A stretch of DNA of 64,000 bases, taken from Hypanus sabinus. Taxonomy: Eukaryota. The position numbers were made by a program, and so were the translations under genes. The stretch's first letter is position 1, and each line of letters begins with the position of its first letter. Positions 11,808 to 25,545 of the stretch are shown piece after piece. A model generated the notes under the pieces. The model ran no database searches and was not told the origin of the DNA. It worked only from the letters and a program-made list of their open reading frames with translations. The stretch is from positions 153,140,001-153,204,000 of the forward strand of contig NC_082710.1 in NCBI RefSeq assembly GCF_030144855.1, in the 5' to 3' direction.

Positions 11808-14800
11808 TGAATCTGTTGCAGTGCTGGATTTCTGTACTGACCATTTACAACCAGAGCTGTGGCTTGCTGATCTCATGTTACATGCTTTAGTACAAACACA
11901 AAGAAGTGGTGGCTATTTTCTGCTTTGACAATTCCAGCTCATTGGGACATCAGAGATCTGTGAACACTGAGTTTCAACTGCCAGGGTTGTCTGCTATTCA
12001 TTATGGACATCTATTCAAGGTGATGTTTCCTGTGTGACACATGTCCACAACTGTGTGTGCTGACAGCATCGCCTATTGATGAGAAGGCAAAGAGCTATGA
12101 AATCTCACTGGAAGCTGACCATGGCAGCAAGATCAAGACTTAAAGGGCATGACAGGTGACTTCAGTGTGCGACATTACACACGGAACTTTGCCCTGACTA
12201 AAGTGGCCAGACCTCTACTCAATATTGATTTCTACCTGTGCAAGGAAACTTACCTGAACACATTTGACAAACTCTATTCCATCCAGCCCTTTTACAGTAT
12301 GGGAGTGTCAGTCAATATTTTGAAAATTAAATTCACATATTACCACACCTTATGTTTCTTGCAACAGCGTGCAATCTCTCTACAAATCAGCTCCTGTAAA
12401 GCCTGCAGATCTTCTCCACTGCTGGGATGAAGCACAATGCAAACAGGAGGAGCAACATTTTATAGTCAGCCTGGGTTGGTTATAACTCAATGGCATGAAT
12501 ATTTCACCATCAACCTACTTTAACCCCGGTCCTCATATCCCTTTTTTTCGTACTTCTCACTCTAATCTTCCAGTCCTCCCACTTTTTCCCTCTTTCCCAC
12601 ACCCACCCCTAGCTTCCCACTCACCTCCATCCCGCCCCTCCTTTACTCATATATCGCCCTTCTTACCTCCCTCCATCAGATTTCTCATGTACTCACATTG
12701 TCCTCAACCATCTGTTTTTCTTTCCTCTTTCCTCTCTCTCTTTGTCATCCTCCATCTATCATTTACATGCCACTGTCTCCCAACTGCAATTCTGCTCACC
12801 TTCCCTACCCGCCTATCATCTCATACCCTTCCTCAGTCCACCAGTTCCCTCGAGTCCCCTTTTCAATGACAAATTACTTTAGTGAAACTGTTCTTCTTTT
12901 TCCAACACATCCCTTCACTCTTACACCCATAACACCATTGAGCCATAGAGACAGGCCGGTTGTGGTTTGGAAGCTTGTGTGCCTCAGTCTTCTGAAGAAC
13001 TATGTTGTCTGGTCGCAGGGATTTATGTTTTGGTTCTTGGCAGGGTCACCTTGCCAAACAGGTCAAAGGGTAGAGGACAGACAAAGAGTGGTCCATCGGT
13101 CCTCCAGGGTCGGGGTTTGGCTCTGGGGTAATATCCCTGAGTGGTAACACAAAATTGTTATGGAAACAGCAATTAAGAATCCTTTTGCTTCTGAGTGCGA
13201 TGGTTCACCCAGGACTTCAATGACTGACAGTAGTGAAAACCGAGTAGAAGATACTGTCACGATGAAGGGAGCCTTGAATACCACCTGCAATGGAGAACCT
13301 TATTGCTGCCCTAAACGCAAGCAGTGTAACAGGCAGCAAGTATTCTCCTGAAGCCCCTCAGGTTTTCACAGTCATCCATAGATTAGGGGGAACTTACAAC
13401 AGTCAGTTAAATCAAACAGGGAACGTTTTTGGGGCAGGGCAGGAAATTGGAACATCCAGGGGTTGCAGACTTTTCAATGCAGACTCAACGAGGAGAGAGG
13501 AAGTGGAAGGGTCTCACGAGGTGTCTTCTGCAGAGAATTCAGACTTGCATGTTTTTCCTGTAACTCCTAGGTGTCCTGGTTTCCTCCCTCAACTCAGTGA
13601 TGTATAGGTTGGTGCATTAATTGGCAACTGTGACTTGCCCCTAGTGTTTGAGTGAGGGGTACAATCTGGAGTTGAGGGAGAAGATGATAAGAATCTGGAG
13701 TGAATAAAATAACAACTTGCAGCAGCTAATTTACCTCCTGAGCTGCCATGTCTTTGGAATGAGGGAGGAGCACCCGGCAGATACCCATGGAGTCACAAGA
13801 GAAACATGCAAACTGCACACGGATATCACCCAAAATCAGAATTGAACCTGTGCCTACCATTAAGCTGCAGGACTACCAGCTGCACCACTCTGCTGGTAGT
13901 ACCTTAACAGAAGAATGGCACACGAAAGCCCAATGATCCACAAATCTGATGCCCTCCCTCCTACACCAAATCCTTAGCCACAACTGTATAATCTTCCTAT
14001 TTCTAGCCCCACTGGCAGGTGTTACATAGCAATCGTGAGATCACAACTTTGGAAGACCTGCCCTTTAACTTAGCACCTAACTCCCTGAACTCCTTTCTAT
14101 TTCTCTAACAAATCCACTATCACCACAGCTCACATCATATTCCCCATTCTCTTATGAATCACAGAGCCAGACTAAGTGCCAGAGACATGACTGCTGTGAC
14201 TTTCCTCAGCTTAGTCATTCCCCCACCCCCTCCAAAATATCCAAATTGGTATTCCTGTTGTTGATGGGAGATGGCCAAAGGAGTACTTTGCACTGGCTGT
14301 TTAATCCCATTCCCTTCCTGACTGTCATCTAGTTTCCTGTGTCCTGTGCCTTTGGTGTAACTACCTCTCTGTATTTTCTATCTGTCAACCCTCAGCTTTC
14401 CAAATGATCCAGAGTTCATCCAGTTCCAGCCCCAGTTCATTAACATAGATTGTTAGAAGCTGCAGCTGGGTGCACTTCTCATAGGTTTATTCATTAGGGA
14501 TACTGGAGGTCTCCCTGCCTTCCCACATCCTGCAAGAAGAGGATTTCACTATCCTGCCTGTCCTCACTACTGTTTTAAATATAAAGAAGGAAAGAACAAC
14601 AAATTGTTGGGAAAACTATCTACCTACAGCTCACTGAAGCTTCGAAGCTGAAACCTCAAAATCTCCATCCTAACAATCCACTCAAACGATGGCTGCTCCA
14701 CTTGCCCCTGCCTTCATTTAGTTTGTTCTTGCAAATAATGCTGATGGCTGATTGGCCGTAGCCCAAAACACCAAACTGCCACATGTCAATGCTTTATATA

Positions 14801-17364
14801 CTCAATTGGCAAACGTAAGAGAGCAACATCTTCTCAGGCTTCATATCTCTGCTGGAAATATTCAAGATCGCTCAGTACCTGCAGAGAAAGGAAATATGCT
14901 TAGTTTCAGTAGAGCTGAAATAAGAGAGAAAGGTTAGGGTTAGAAAGGTAAAGCATAGTAGGGACAGAGCTACTGATCCTTCAATCTCATGCTGACAATC
15001 GGTTAAAAAACTTGATGGATCTTCTGTGCTTTGATCTCCAGTGGTAAAGAAAATGAGAGGGGGAAGATTCGGGCAAAGAGTGAAAAACAATAGAATATTG
15101 AGAGAGTGAAGATGAATAGAGTGGATATTAGACCATAGATGCAGGAACAGAATTGGTCTATTTTGTCCTTCTGTTCTGCTCCATCATCAAATCATGGCTG
15201 ATTATTTTTGAACGCCATTCACCCTTCTTCTACACAAAACGTTTCACCCCTTTACCAATCGAGAACCTATCAATCTCTGCCTTAAATCCCCGAACAACTT
15301 TGCATTCACAGCCCTTAGTGGAAACAAATTCCACAGATTCAGGCTGAAAGAATTCCTCCTCTTTCCAGTATTAAAAAGAAGTCCCTTTATTCAGAAGTGT
15401 GCCCTCAGATCCTAGACTCTCCTGCTGATAAGAATATCCTCCCCACGTTCACTCAATCCAGACCTTTCAGTGTCCAGCAGATTTCAATGAGATACCCCGC
15501 CCTCCACCCATCCTTCTGAATTTCCTTACAAGCCAATAGAGATCAAGCACTCCTCATATATTGAGGAGAGAAGGAAGAATATGAGGGATCAGAAAGAAAA
15601 GACGAGAGCAGGTGGTCAGAAATGGTTTTGAACCCAGGTAATGTAATCTTTGAGTACTGAGGAAGGTCTAATTTGAGACTGTGATGTGGTCATATGGGGG
15701 TGGTAGTGTGACACCCTCAGATACGGGGAGAGTACTACGCTGACAGTGGGGCCATGTACTGTGGAGGGGCAGGGAAAAGTTGTGGGGTACTGAAGGAGCA
15801 GCATTGCACAGTCAGTGGACAGATACCATCTGTCGTCGGGGAGAGGTGCTTTGTTAGCTCTGGGGAATGCAATGAAGAAATGGCACTCCATCAGCAATCA
15901 GTTGCAACACATTGGCAGGGAGTAGTTCAGAGGAACATAATATGTGTTTTTTTTTTAATTAGAAAAGTAGGTTCATTATATACTACAAGTACCACATTAA
16001 ACAAGGAAGGTAGGGAACAGCCCTTTCAAATAGGTAAAGAGGGGCTGCATCCTCATACACACCATATACTTTTGATACATGGTCTCTTACAGTCCACAGA
16101 AGTGACAAGCAGCTCGGACACCTATTACAGAGCTCTCTGTGTCAACATTGGGATATTGCTTTGTGCTCATGTTTCCTGCCTGGGGATGGAAAACATCATG
16201 GTCTGTAGGCTCTTGTTAGTGGGGGAAGTTAGTGCTATTGTTCTGGAGGAAGAGGGTGTGCACACATGGTGAATTGTTGGAATGGTGCCACTGAACTGCT
16301 TTCTCTTCCTCAAGAAAGAAATGAAATCAAGGTTCCCCAAGAAATAGGGAAAGTTCAGATTGTGCTAACTTCACCTATATTTTCTTATAGCTCAGGATAG
16401 TAGAAGCCTCTGGGTAAGGACATTCGAAACATGGTTCTGCACCTAATTTTATGCAGCAACAAATACTCTAGGGATATGGATACGGAGGGAAATGGACAGT
16501 TGACATTTCAAGTCAAGGTCCATCATCTGGATTTGATCCAAAATATTGACTCTCCATTTCCTTCCACAGATGCTACTTAACCCTTTGAGCTCCCCAAGGA
16601 GTTTGTGTGTGACTCCAGTTTCCAGCGTCTGCAGTCTCTTCTGTCCCCCTAGGTAGGGATCTGTTGTCTGAGATGCAGAGTTACATTTGCTGTGCACTAC
16701 CCACTGCACCCCACTCCAACCCCAGCTGAGTAATGGTACACAGGTTCCACCTACTCCACAGAGCAGATGAGGAAGAAGAATAGTTCTTAGCGTCTGCATG
16801 AGGAATTCAGAGCAAGTGATAGAGAAGTGTGATTGGATGGGCATGGGGCTGTGAAACCTGTGGAGGAATGGAGTTTAGACTGTTTTTGAAGGCCTGGAAT
16901 TTAGCAGCTAGAGCCTTGTGTTTGGACAAATGGCAGGGACTTAGATGGTAAAAGGAAAATCCCGAACCAAAGAAACACAGAAAAGTGCACTGGGAAACAG
17001 ACAGTCCTTGTTATTCCTCAACCTGGGGCTACGATGACTGGAAGTGACAGCAATATAAACACCTCCTGAATCTATTTACTACCCTGATCTTCTAACCTAG
17101 GCGTTAAACTACTTCCCCTAATGGCCTATTTCCCCATAATCATTTTCCAGTTTATTTCACATCAATGAGGACCATAGGGCAAACGTTTCCAATTTTGTTA
17201 TGATCCCCAGAGATTCCTTCTTAAGTTTTTGTTTCCCCCCAACCCCAATGATTACTTTAGGTCTCAGCCTTCTACTTATTAGACCATTTTGCTGCTATCT
17301 TTCCTATCTACTGCATCCTAGCCCCTTACAACTTTTCTTATCTCCCTTTAATATCCTGTGCTCC
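11808..17364 (+). repeat. Tandem segmental duplication, copy B
   Basis: Collinear with copy A; near-identical ORF pairs in the track (5096/14752, 3184/12495, 3402/12698, 5982/15616); carries extra segments at about 13219-13570 and 16270-17042. Confidence 0.9.
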
Positions 17365-17500
17365 TAAGAAGCAACTGCATCTGTTCAATTGTCCTCAAAA
17401 ACAGAAGTAGCTAGACTTTGCAGATCTCCCGTACACCCTCACTTGTGCTGTATCATTTGTGTAGTTCACCTAACATGTACCAACTTTACTTGTTGGGCAG

Positions 17501-17613
17501 GACTCAGTGAGCCCCATGGAGCAGGTCCCATACTACGGTTCATGGCTATGTTTGCAATGATTATTGAAGTGATGTAGAGGTACTGCTTAGAGTTAGCTGA
17601 GGCATTACTACAG
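17501..17613 (+). other. Paralogous terminal exon (G)LSEPHGAGPILRFMAMFAMIIEVM* of a probable upstream plus-strand class I-like gene or pseudogene
   Basis: About 77% identical to 37914-37838 over the coding part (18 differences in 78 nt counting the split codon); CTAAC branch point at 17470, AG at 17499-17500, TAG at 17575-17577, donor CAG|GTGGGT at 17614. Downstream homology runs to about 17900 and matches 37719-37624 and about 36710-36560. Confidence 0.55.
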
Positions 17614-20169
17614 GTGGGTAAACACAGATCCATTAGCTAATCCTCTTTTCTGTTGCAGTTTTGGACAACCAGTCTCATTTGTCGTTTGCAAATAAGTGTT
17701 TGGCACTAACTCAAGCACAGCTCTGAATACAGGGTGGAGCCTCAGCCTAGTTTGGTGATGAATGGCCACATATTTCAGTAAACTTAGTGTTGTGTCAGTG
17801 TGGAAACTTATTAGCTTAATCTTCCGCTGCTTTGCAATGCATCTTTTTACCAGTTTTAACTTTTCTTACATCTCATTCACAAGGTCTTATGTGAGATGAG
17901 TTGCTCTCCTCAGCTTTATCTAAAACATCGATATCATATATCAGACCATTCCTGTAAAGGGCTGTGGCCAAGGAAAGTCAGTCAGACAGAGCAGAGAAAG
18001 CTTTGCTGGGTGATTGGAAATATCTCATTGGAAGTGGGAATGCTGTGCACATTGGACACCCTAAAGTAATTCTTTCCTCAATGGCATTGCGAGTGTCCAA
18101 CATTTAGCTTAAAATATGAACAGAAGTCTCTGGCTAATGGAGCAATTTGGTTTGAGATAAGAGTTGAAAATATTTGAGAATCATAAAATAATTGTAGATA
18201 GATACATGAATATGCATGCGGCAACCCGTCTCTCTTTCTTGCTTCTGCCAAAGGAAGGTTCTTGCATTCTAATGATCTATCTCTCTCCCTCAATGCCGTC
18301 AGAGGATGGTGCCAGAGCAGGGTTAGTTTTTCTGGTGGGTCACTGTTTAGTTACTTGTTTGTGTGATAGTGGCACATATACATGCAGCAGTTTCTCAGGG
18401 GCTAATGAGAGGAGCTTTAATCTTTGTTAAAAGTGTTTTTATACATAGTAAAACTGTTCTTGACTCGAATAACTACAAGTGCAGCAGGTCTACTGCATCA
18501 GTGAGCTGCTCATTGTTTGGAGTAGTCGGCTGGGGTGCCATAAGTGCCAGCTGGTGGTTCAGAGAATGTGAGTTGGCCCATTGGGCTAAGGAAGTTAGGT
18601 CAGGCTGTTGGGCCAAGAGATGTCAGTCAGATCATCAGCCCAAGGGATTCGAGTGGAGGCACATGATCTGGATTGGGTTTGGGAGATCTGACCTGGGTGC
18701 AGACCACGCTGCTGCCTGCTACTTGACGGCATTGGAGTTGCTGCCTTCAAGATGACACAAAGATGTTGTGTCGTGAAATTGGCTGTATCCATGTATGGTT
18801 TGAATGACAATTAAATTTGATTTGATTTGATTTGGTCAGATTTTGATTTGATTTTGAATCGAGACAGCCTGCAAATAAGGAACACTGAGCTGAACTGAAC
18901 TATGTGTTTGATATTGTGTTTTATATTCTGTGTTTTTTGCTTGGTTTGTTGCTGTTTGTGTGATTTGTTTTTCTTTTGAGCATGGGGGGAGGCACACCCA
19001 ATGTTATTTTCTCTTTGAATATGTTCCCTGGTTCTTCTTTGTTTCAAGGCTGTCTGTGTGGGGAAGATGAATTTCAGGGTTGTATACTGCATAAATACAT
19101 TGATAATAAATGTACTTTAATTCTTTTAGAGTGAAAGGATGTGGATCATGTGAAGACAAATAGATTTAGTTTACTTTGGCATCATGGTCATCAGAGACAT
19201 TGTAGGCTGAACAGCCTGTTGCTGTGCAGTACTGTTCTATGTTCTAAAATCTAACACAATGATCATTTATTTCCCTGCATCATGTGTACCATTTGCTGTT
19301 ACTGGGCAATCTACAATGACAGAGATTTGCCTTTGCTATTGCCCTGTGATAACACTGTTTGGATGGGGGAACCAGTCATTTCCTTGCTATTTGAAGCTCG
19401 TGCCTTAGTACTCCAGAGATCCAGGTTCAATCTGATCTCCAGCATTGTCGGTGTGATTTTTTTTCACATTGTCCCTGTGACTGCTCAGAGGTTCCAGTTC
19501 CTTCCCCTATCCAAAACTTGGTCACTGTAAAGTTTTTCTGGTGTGTGTAGTAGAATCTGGGGGCAGTTGAGAAGTGTGAAGGAGAGTAAAATGGGATTGT
19601 GTACAGGGATAGATACTCAGCACAGGCTATGTAGGCTGAAGAAAGTGTTTCCATGTCCTGATGCAAGGGAAAGAACCCCATATGAAGAAGTGTCTGTCTT
19701 CACCTGATGTTTTTAAGAGTTCCTGCTCTGGCCCTTTGCCCTGTTCTGACTGAAACACAGGCTGTGATGGAGGGGCAATAGCAGACTGGAGACTGACCTG
19801 ACTGTGCTGATTACCTCTACAGGCATAGGGGGTCCCGAGGATTTGGAAAAATCCCTGTCCAGCTTCAAGTGACTAACAAAATGTACTCTCACCTTACTGC
19901 ATGAATGCTTGAAGCAGACATGGCATCTCTGTGTTATCCAGTGCTACCTCCCTGAGTTTGCGAAGCACCTAGGGGAGAGTTATTGGGGGAATATGCATGA
20001 TCCCAGCCCTGAATATGGTCCAGAGAGGGTCTGGGTTCAGCAAGTGCTTCAGTCCCACAGGTTGTTCTGAAACTTGAGGTAAGATCATCAAGTGCTACAA
20101 GTAATTTTTTTTTATTATCCATGTGATTTCTGCATTTAATGATCTTTTCAGATATACAGCTCCTCTAAG

Positions 20170-20540
20170 GCTTTAACCCCTTCCCTACGTGGGATGTCCA
20201 GGAATGTTTTGCCGTCCATTAATCCTGCTACAGTGTAGCCAAGTTGTGAAGTAGGAGTGGGGATATTCTATCTGTGAACAGCGGGATCCCACCCAGAGCA
20301 ATTAAATAATTACCAGATGCTTCTTAGCTGTGGGCTGAGGGGAACATTGGCCTGAATGTGGTGACAGCTCTCCTGCTCTTTAAAACATACTGTGGGATTT
20401 TCTACACCCGAGGTGCAAAGGAGGATTGGTCTAATGTCTTAACTGAAACACAACACCTTTGACAGTGTGGAAAACCGTCTGAACTGCTCTCTGATCGTGT
20501 AAAATTCCCCCAATACCAAGACTCTGACAAGCCACCTGTA
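20170..20540 (+). mobile_element. Old Deu-domain-type SINE remnant
   Basis: tgggattttctacacccgagg...ggtctaatgtcttaactgaaacacaacacctttgacagtg resembles the DeuSINE core as I recall it; not verified by search. Confidence 0.4.
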
Positions 20541-21362
20541 CTCTCTATGGGGGATGGGAGGTGACTTAGTAATGGTGTGAGAGAGCCATCAATAAAGTGA
20601 AATCTCAGCAACCTTTTCCCAGGCAATCGCCAATACCACCAGACATCATTTAAGGTGAATTGAGGGAAGTTTATGGAAGATGTCAGAAGTAGATTTTCTG
20701 AGACAGTGAATGGCGGGTGTCTGGAATGCATTGCTGGGGGTGGTGGTAGATGCTAATACAATGGGGATATTTAGAAGTCTTTTAGTTGGGCATATAGATT
20801 TAACAAAAATAGATGGTTTGATGCAGTACTAGGAGGAAAGATTAACACTGATCACACAGTACATTTATATCGGTCAAAACAACATCGTGGGCCAAAGGGA
20901 CAGTACTGTTCCATGAAACACAATTGCAGAAATATTGCTGAACTGCTCTCTAATCATGTAGCACAGCACCCCCCCCCCCCAAGGGTGCAGACATGCAATG
21001 CTGCAACATTGCCCCACTACCAAGTCTTTGATCATGCACTGCTCGCTCCGTGCAACAGTGCAGCTCACCAATGCCACAGTGCTCCCCTAGCACTGCACCT
21101 CTGACACTGCTGCACTCTCTCGGCAATGGTGGATAATTCACTTCTGAATGTGAACCAGTGCCATTGCTCCAGTGGTGGAGACCATCACTCCAGAGGTGCA
21201 GTGCTTCCGTGTTATGATCAATTTGGATTAGACCAGGTGAAAAGGAATTTCAATGGAATTAATCCCAAATCCATGTAGCCAGACCAACCATCTCCCAGCA
21301 CTCAAAGGGCAAAAAGCGTTGTGATCCATCTGTGCATGTTCAAAATGTTTGGATTTGACTTC

Positions 21363-21522
21363 TAGAAACATAGAAACATAGAAAATAGGTGCAGAAGTAG
21401 GCCATTCGGCCCTTTGAGCCTGCACCGTCATTCAGTATGATCATGGCTGATCATCCAACTCAGAACCCTGGAGCTTTCGCTCCATACCCCCTGATCCCTT
21501 TAGCCACAAGGGCCATATCTAA
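21363..21522 (-). mobile_element. Short CR1 3' stub, same family as 6237-10582
   Basis: Nearly identical to 6240-6400 (catagaaaataggtgcag..agtaggccattcggc). Confidence 0.8.
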
Positions 21523-24500
21523 CATAGCTCTGTTCTGTCTTCCCCAATCCATCTCTTCCCACTTCTTTTCATAACATCACTTAGCCATGGAGAGACTGGC
21601 CCTTCAGCCTGCTGAGTCTGTGCTAACACCCACACCCCAGATTTTCATACTCACTCACACACTAGGAGGAACTTACAACTGTTTGCTAACCTAACAAGGA
21701 ACATAAGGGACATTTCTTAGACAGGGAAGGAAACAGGGAGATCTGAGGAAAACCATTGTGGTCACAGATTTTGCACCAAAGCAAAACGAGGAGAGGAAGT
21801 TGTTGAGTTACACAAGGCACCTGCTCCAGATAATTCAGATTTGCTCGTTCTCCCTGTATGCCCTTGGAATTCTTCCTGGGTGGTTTGGTTTCTCCCCCCA
21901 TCACAATGATGCACAGGTAGGTGCATTAAATGGCAACTGTAAATTGCCACTAGTGTCTGGGTGAGGGGCAGAATCTGAGCAGAAGATTGTGATAACATGG
22001 GGAGCATGAAATAAAAATATAGAACTAGTAAAACTGGTTGCTTGCTGGCAGTGTGGACACTGGGCTGGATAGCCTGTTTCTGTCATTTTTTTTGATGTTT
22101 TGCTTTTCAAACAGGCATTCAGCTTAGTTGTCTCAGTTGAGTCTTTTTGCACAATTAGACTGGTAACTCCCTGTTGCTTTCCTGCACATAGACATAGACT
22201 CATACAGCACAGAACTGGACCCTTTGACCCACAAAGGTAATGCTGGCTATCAACCACCTATTTGCTCAAATCCTACACTGATCCCATTTTGTTTGTCACA
22301 CATTTCGATAATTTTCCCCAATTCCCACACATTAGAGACAATTTGCAGCAGCAAATTTATCTCCAAAGATGTTTTGTCTTTGGAATGTGGAGAGAAAAAT
22401 GATGCATTTGGGGGAATCTTGTGGGGTCACAGAAGTAAGTTGCAAACTCTTTGCTGACAGCACCAGAAGTCGGGATCAAACTTGGGTTTCTGAAGCTATG
22501 AGGCAGTGACTCTCCCTTGCACCACTTTGCTGGATGAGCTTTTCTGCAAGTGAGAGTGTTTTCTGAAGGTTGCACACAGAGTGACTAATAGACATTGGAC
22601 AGCACAGTGGGTGGAGGCAAAGCAGGAGTGAAGTGTGGGAGGTAGAGAATGTGGTTCACATAATGAGTGGGAGAGGTAGGGGAAAGTGAGTAGTAGAGGA
22701 GTGAGGGTGACATGTTCAGGACTGAAGGTGAGTGGTGCAGAGTAAAGGAGGTAAAGAGTGACAGTGCAGGAATGAGGGTAACTGTAAGGAGTGTGGGTGA
22801 ACATTGAGGGCAAGGCTTCAGGAGATGGAGGTCTACAGGAGAGTGAGGGATCTGAGGTATACGAGAATGAAGGATATAAAATTCATTGAAAATTTATTAT
22901 CTAAACTATATAAACTACATTTCATGTTACCATATACTGTACTAACTACAGATTCCTTTTCTTGCAGGCATGTAAGGGAAAGAAAGAAATACAATTTTTA
23001 AAATAAATAAATGAAGGAAACCTGACAAACAACCACTGTGGAAAAGAAGACAAATTGTAAATACAAAAAATACTGAGAACATGAGTTGTAAAGAGTCCTT
23101 GAAAGTGAGTCTGGAGCTTATAAAACCAGTTCAGAGTAGTGGTGAATGGTTATAATGCCAACTTAGGAGCTGATGGTTGTAGGGCAATAACTGTTTCTGC
23201 CCTGGTAATGTGAAGTCTAAGGTGTCTGTACATCCTACCCAATAGTAGTTGCAAGAAGACTGGATGGTAGGGGTATTTGAAGATAGATATGCTTTGTTTT
23301 AACAGCTCTCCATGTAAGTGTACTGTAATGGACTGGTCTGTATATACCACTTTCAGTAGACTTTAAAGCTACTGACCCTCTTCACCTCTGATCAGCTAAT
23401 AAGGACTGGCTTGTGAACCTCATGCTTCTTCCTCCTGTAGTTAATAATAAACTCTTTGGTTTTACTGATGTTGAGTGAGAGATTGCTATTGTTCTACAAG
23501 CTCCCAAATCAATCCCTCCCTTTCCAATCGTAAATAAATCCTGTTCCTTGGAATTTATTCTAAATGACTTCCCTACAACTCAGATAATGACTATCAGCCT
23601 CTAGTTACTTTGCACATTCCTGGTGCTCTTCTTGGGTAAAAGAACATTACGTATCCTCCAGCTCTCTGCTGCCTCACTGTGGCTAACAAAAATGAAAAAT
23701 TCTCCACTTGGCCCGAACTAACTCTAACTTTACTTCCTCTATTATCTGAAGATAGACCTTCTACCAATTTAGGACAGGATATCGGTTGTGGTTGAAACCT
23801 GGAAAGTATGGCACATTGGGGAAGAGGGAAGAATGTGGCAGGGTGGGTGGTGGGAACGGGACTACAGTAGGAGGAAGAACACCCGATGGATGGCGAAGGG
23901 AGAACGAATGGGGAGTGCAAGTGCACAGGGAAGGAAAGTCATGGCCATACAGCATGAAACAGGCCATTCAGTCCACCATGTCCATGTCAAGCAGTGAGTA
24001 ACCTACCTTATTAAACTGATCTTCCAACAATTGTTCCTTTGTCTTCTGCAGCTGGGAGATACACGTGTTTTGTCCAGATGCAACTTCAGTGCTGTCAGTG
24101 ATTCTGCTTCCAGAACTAACTGGCAATGTGTTCCAGATACTCACTGCTCTCTGGCGGAGAAGGTCATCCACTCTTTTCCCTATTACCCAAGTCAATCCCC
24201 TCAATAAATACCTGTGACACGAGGAGTACAGTCTTGTACTCTATTTATACACAATGCAATTTCAGGCCCCCTCAAACAGCCTCTGTCCCGGGGAGAACAA
24301 ACCCAGCCTCTCCAGGCTCTTCTCATATATCAGCCATTCTAGATGCACCTCTTCTCCATCCTCTATACTGTTCACAAATCCTTCTTGTAGTGTGGAACTG
24401 CACGCAGGCTCCAACACTCAAGAGGGAGGAGAGCGCACACGGCGCAGTCGACAGTGCATGAGGGAGGGTAGGGATGCATGAATGAACGTGGGAAAGCGTA

Positions 24501-24991
24501 CGGGGGTGGGGGAGATTTGGGGAAAGAGCGTGCGGGGTTAGAGTGTGCTTGGGCGGCACGGGGGCGCGTGCACGAATGAAGAACGCACACGTAGGAAAAG
24601 GGTGTAGGCAAGTGGGGGAGGGAGAGAGAAAGGTGCAGCTTGGGGAGCAATGAGTTTGCAGGGAAGTCCGCACTGGCGTCTGGCAGTGTGTTGTACGAAG
24701 AGCGGGGGCGCAAGACACGAGATCCGCAGAATCGAGTGGATAGAGCCTCGTGAGTGTACAGTCGCTAGAATTTAGAGCAGAATCTAAAATTCTGGGGGAT
24801 CTCGTGTGGAGGGAAGTGGACAGTCGACATTTTGGAATCTTATCTTTACTCTCAGTCCTTCACCTAGCTGGCTACCTGCCCTTTGACCTTCCAGTCTAGA
24901 GGAGGGATCTCGACCCAAAACGTCGTCTGTGCATTTCCCTCAATAGATGCATCCCGACCCGCTCAGTTCTTGTATCAGTTTTGTTTTACAG

Positions 24992-25071
24992 CAGGGGTTC
25001 CCAACCTGGGGTCCATGGGCCACTTGCTTAATGGTACTGCTCGATGGAATTAAAAGGATTGGGAACCCCTG
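24992..25071. mobile_element. 80-bp hAT-type MITE
   Basis: TIRs CAGGGGTTCCCAA / TTGGGAACCCCTG; imperfect target duplication ttttacag / ttttatacag. Confidence 0.75.
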
Positions 25072-25477
25072 TTTTATACAGTGGCTGGAGACGGTTTTTG
25101 GCGAGCATCTACTGGGAGGATCCTGGAAACCTGCCCAGAGACATGTCGGTGACTGGGTGTTGCTGCCTGCGCCCCCTTTCGCTGTCTGCACGTGTCCACA
25201 TCCTTACATGAAGAGGTTTGGCTCCGCACCCTGCCTCTGCACATCCTGTGCCTGGCCGGCTGTCTACCGCCCCACCTCCCTCCCTCCCTCTCTCCACACT
25301 CCGGAGCAGCGGCGGGGCTGTTTATTTCTGCAGGAAGATTTTTAATTACAGGAGTTCTTACTGGTTGTTCCTTGTAGAGAGCGCTATTTATCCCCGAATT
25401 GCCTCCGTGAATTTTATCTGCGCCCTCAGCAGTTTATTGGCAAACGAGTAGATTTGTCGAGGTGCGGTGACACCGCA

Positions 25478-25545
25478 ATGGAGAGTCGGAACGGACCGGG
25501 ATCGCTTCTTTTTACCATATTGTCTCTCTGCGGGAAGCCAGGCTG
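25478..25545 (+). pseudogene. Decayed paralogous leader exon (MESRNGPGSLLFTILSLC...)
   Basis: Aligns to exon 1 (reverse complement of 62073-62148) with an 8-nt deletion (tctgtcgc) causing a frameshift and the donor GT changed to GG (GGAAGG at 25546); read-through stops at 25562-25564. No plus-strand alpha-domain exons seen downstream. Confidence 0.8.

Noticed and set aside
19943-20078. Exon-like plus-strand segment (ttatccag ... GAG|GTAAGA)
   Set aside because: All three frames contain stops before the donor and there is no recognisable product.
22500-22900. Purine-rich gagtg/gaggg stretch generating ORF 22496-22813
   Set aside because: Low-complexity sequence with no clear period or coding signal.
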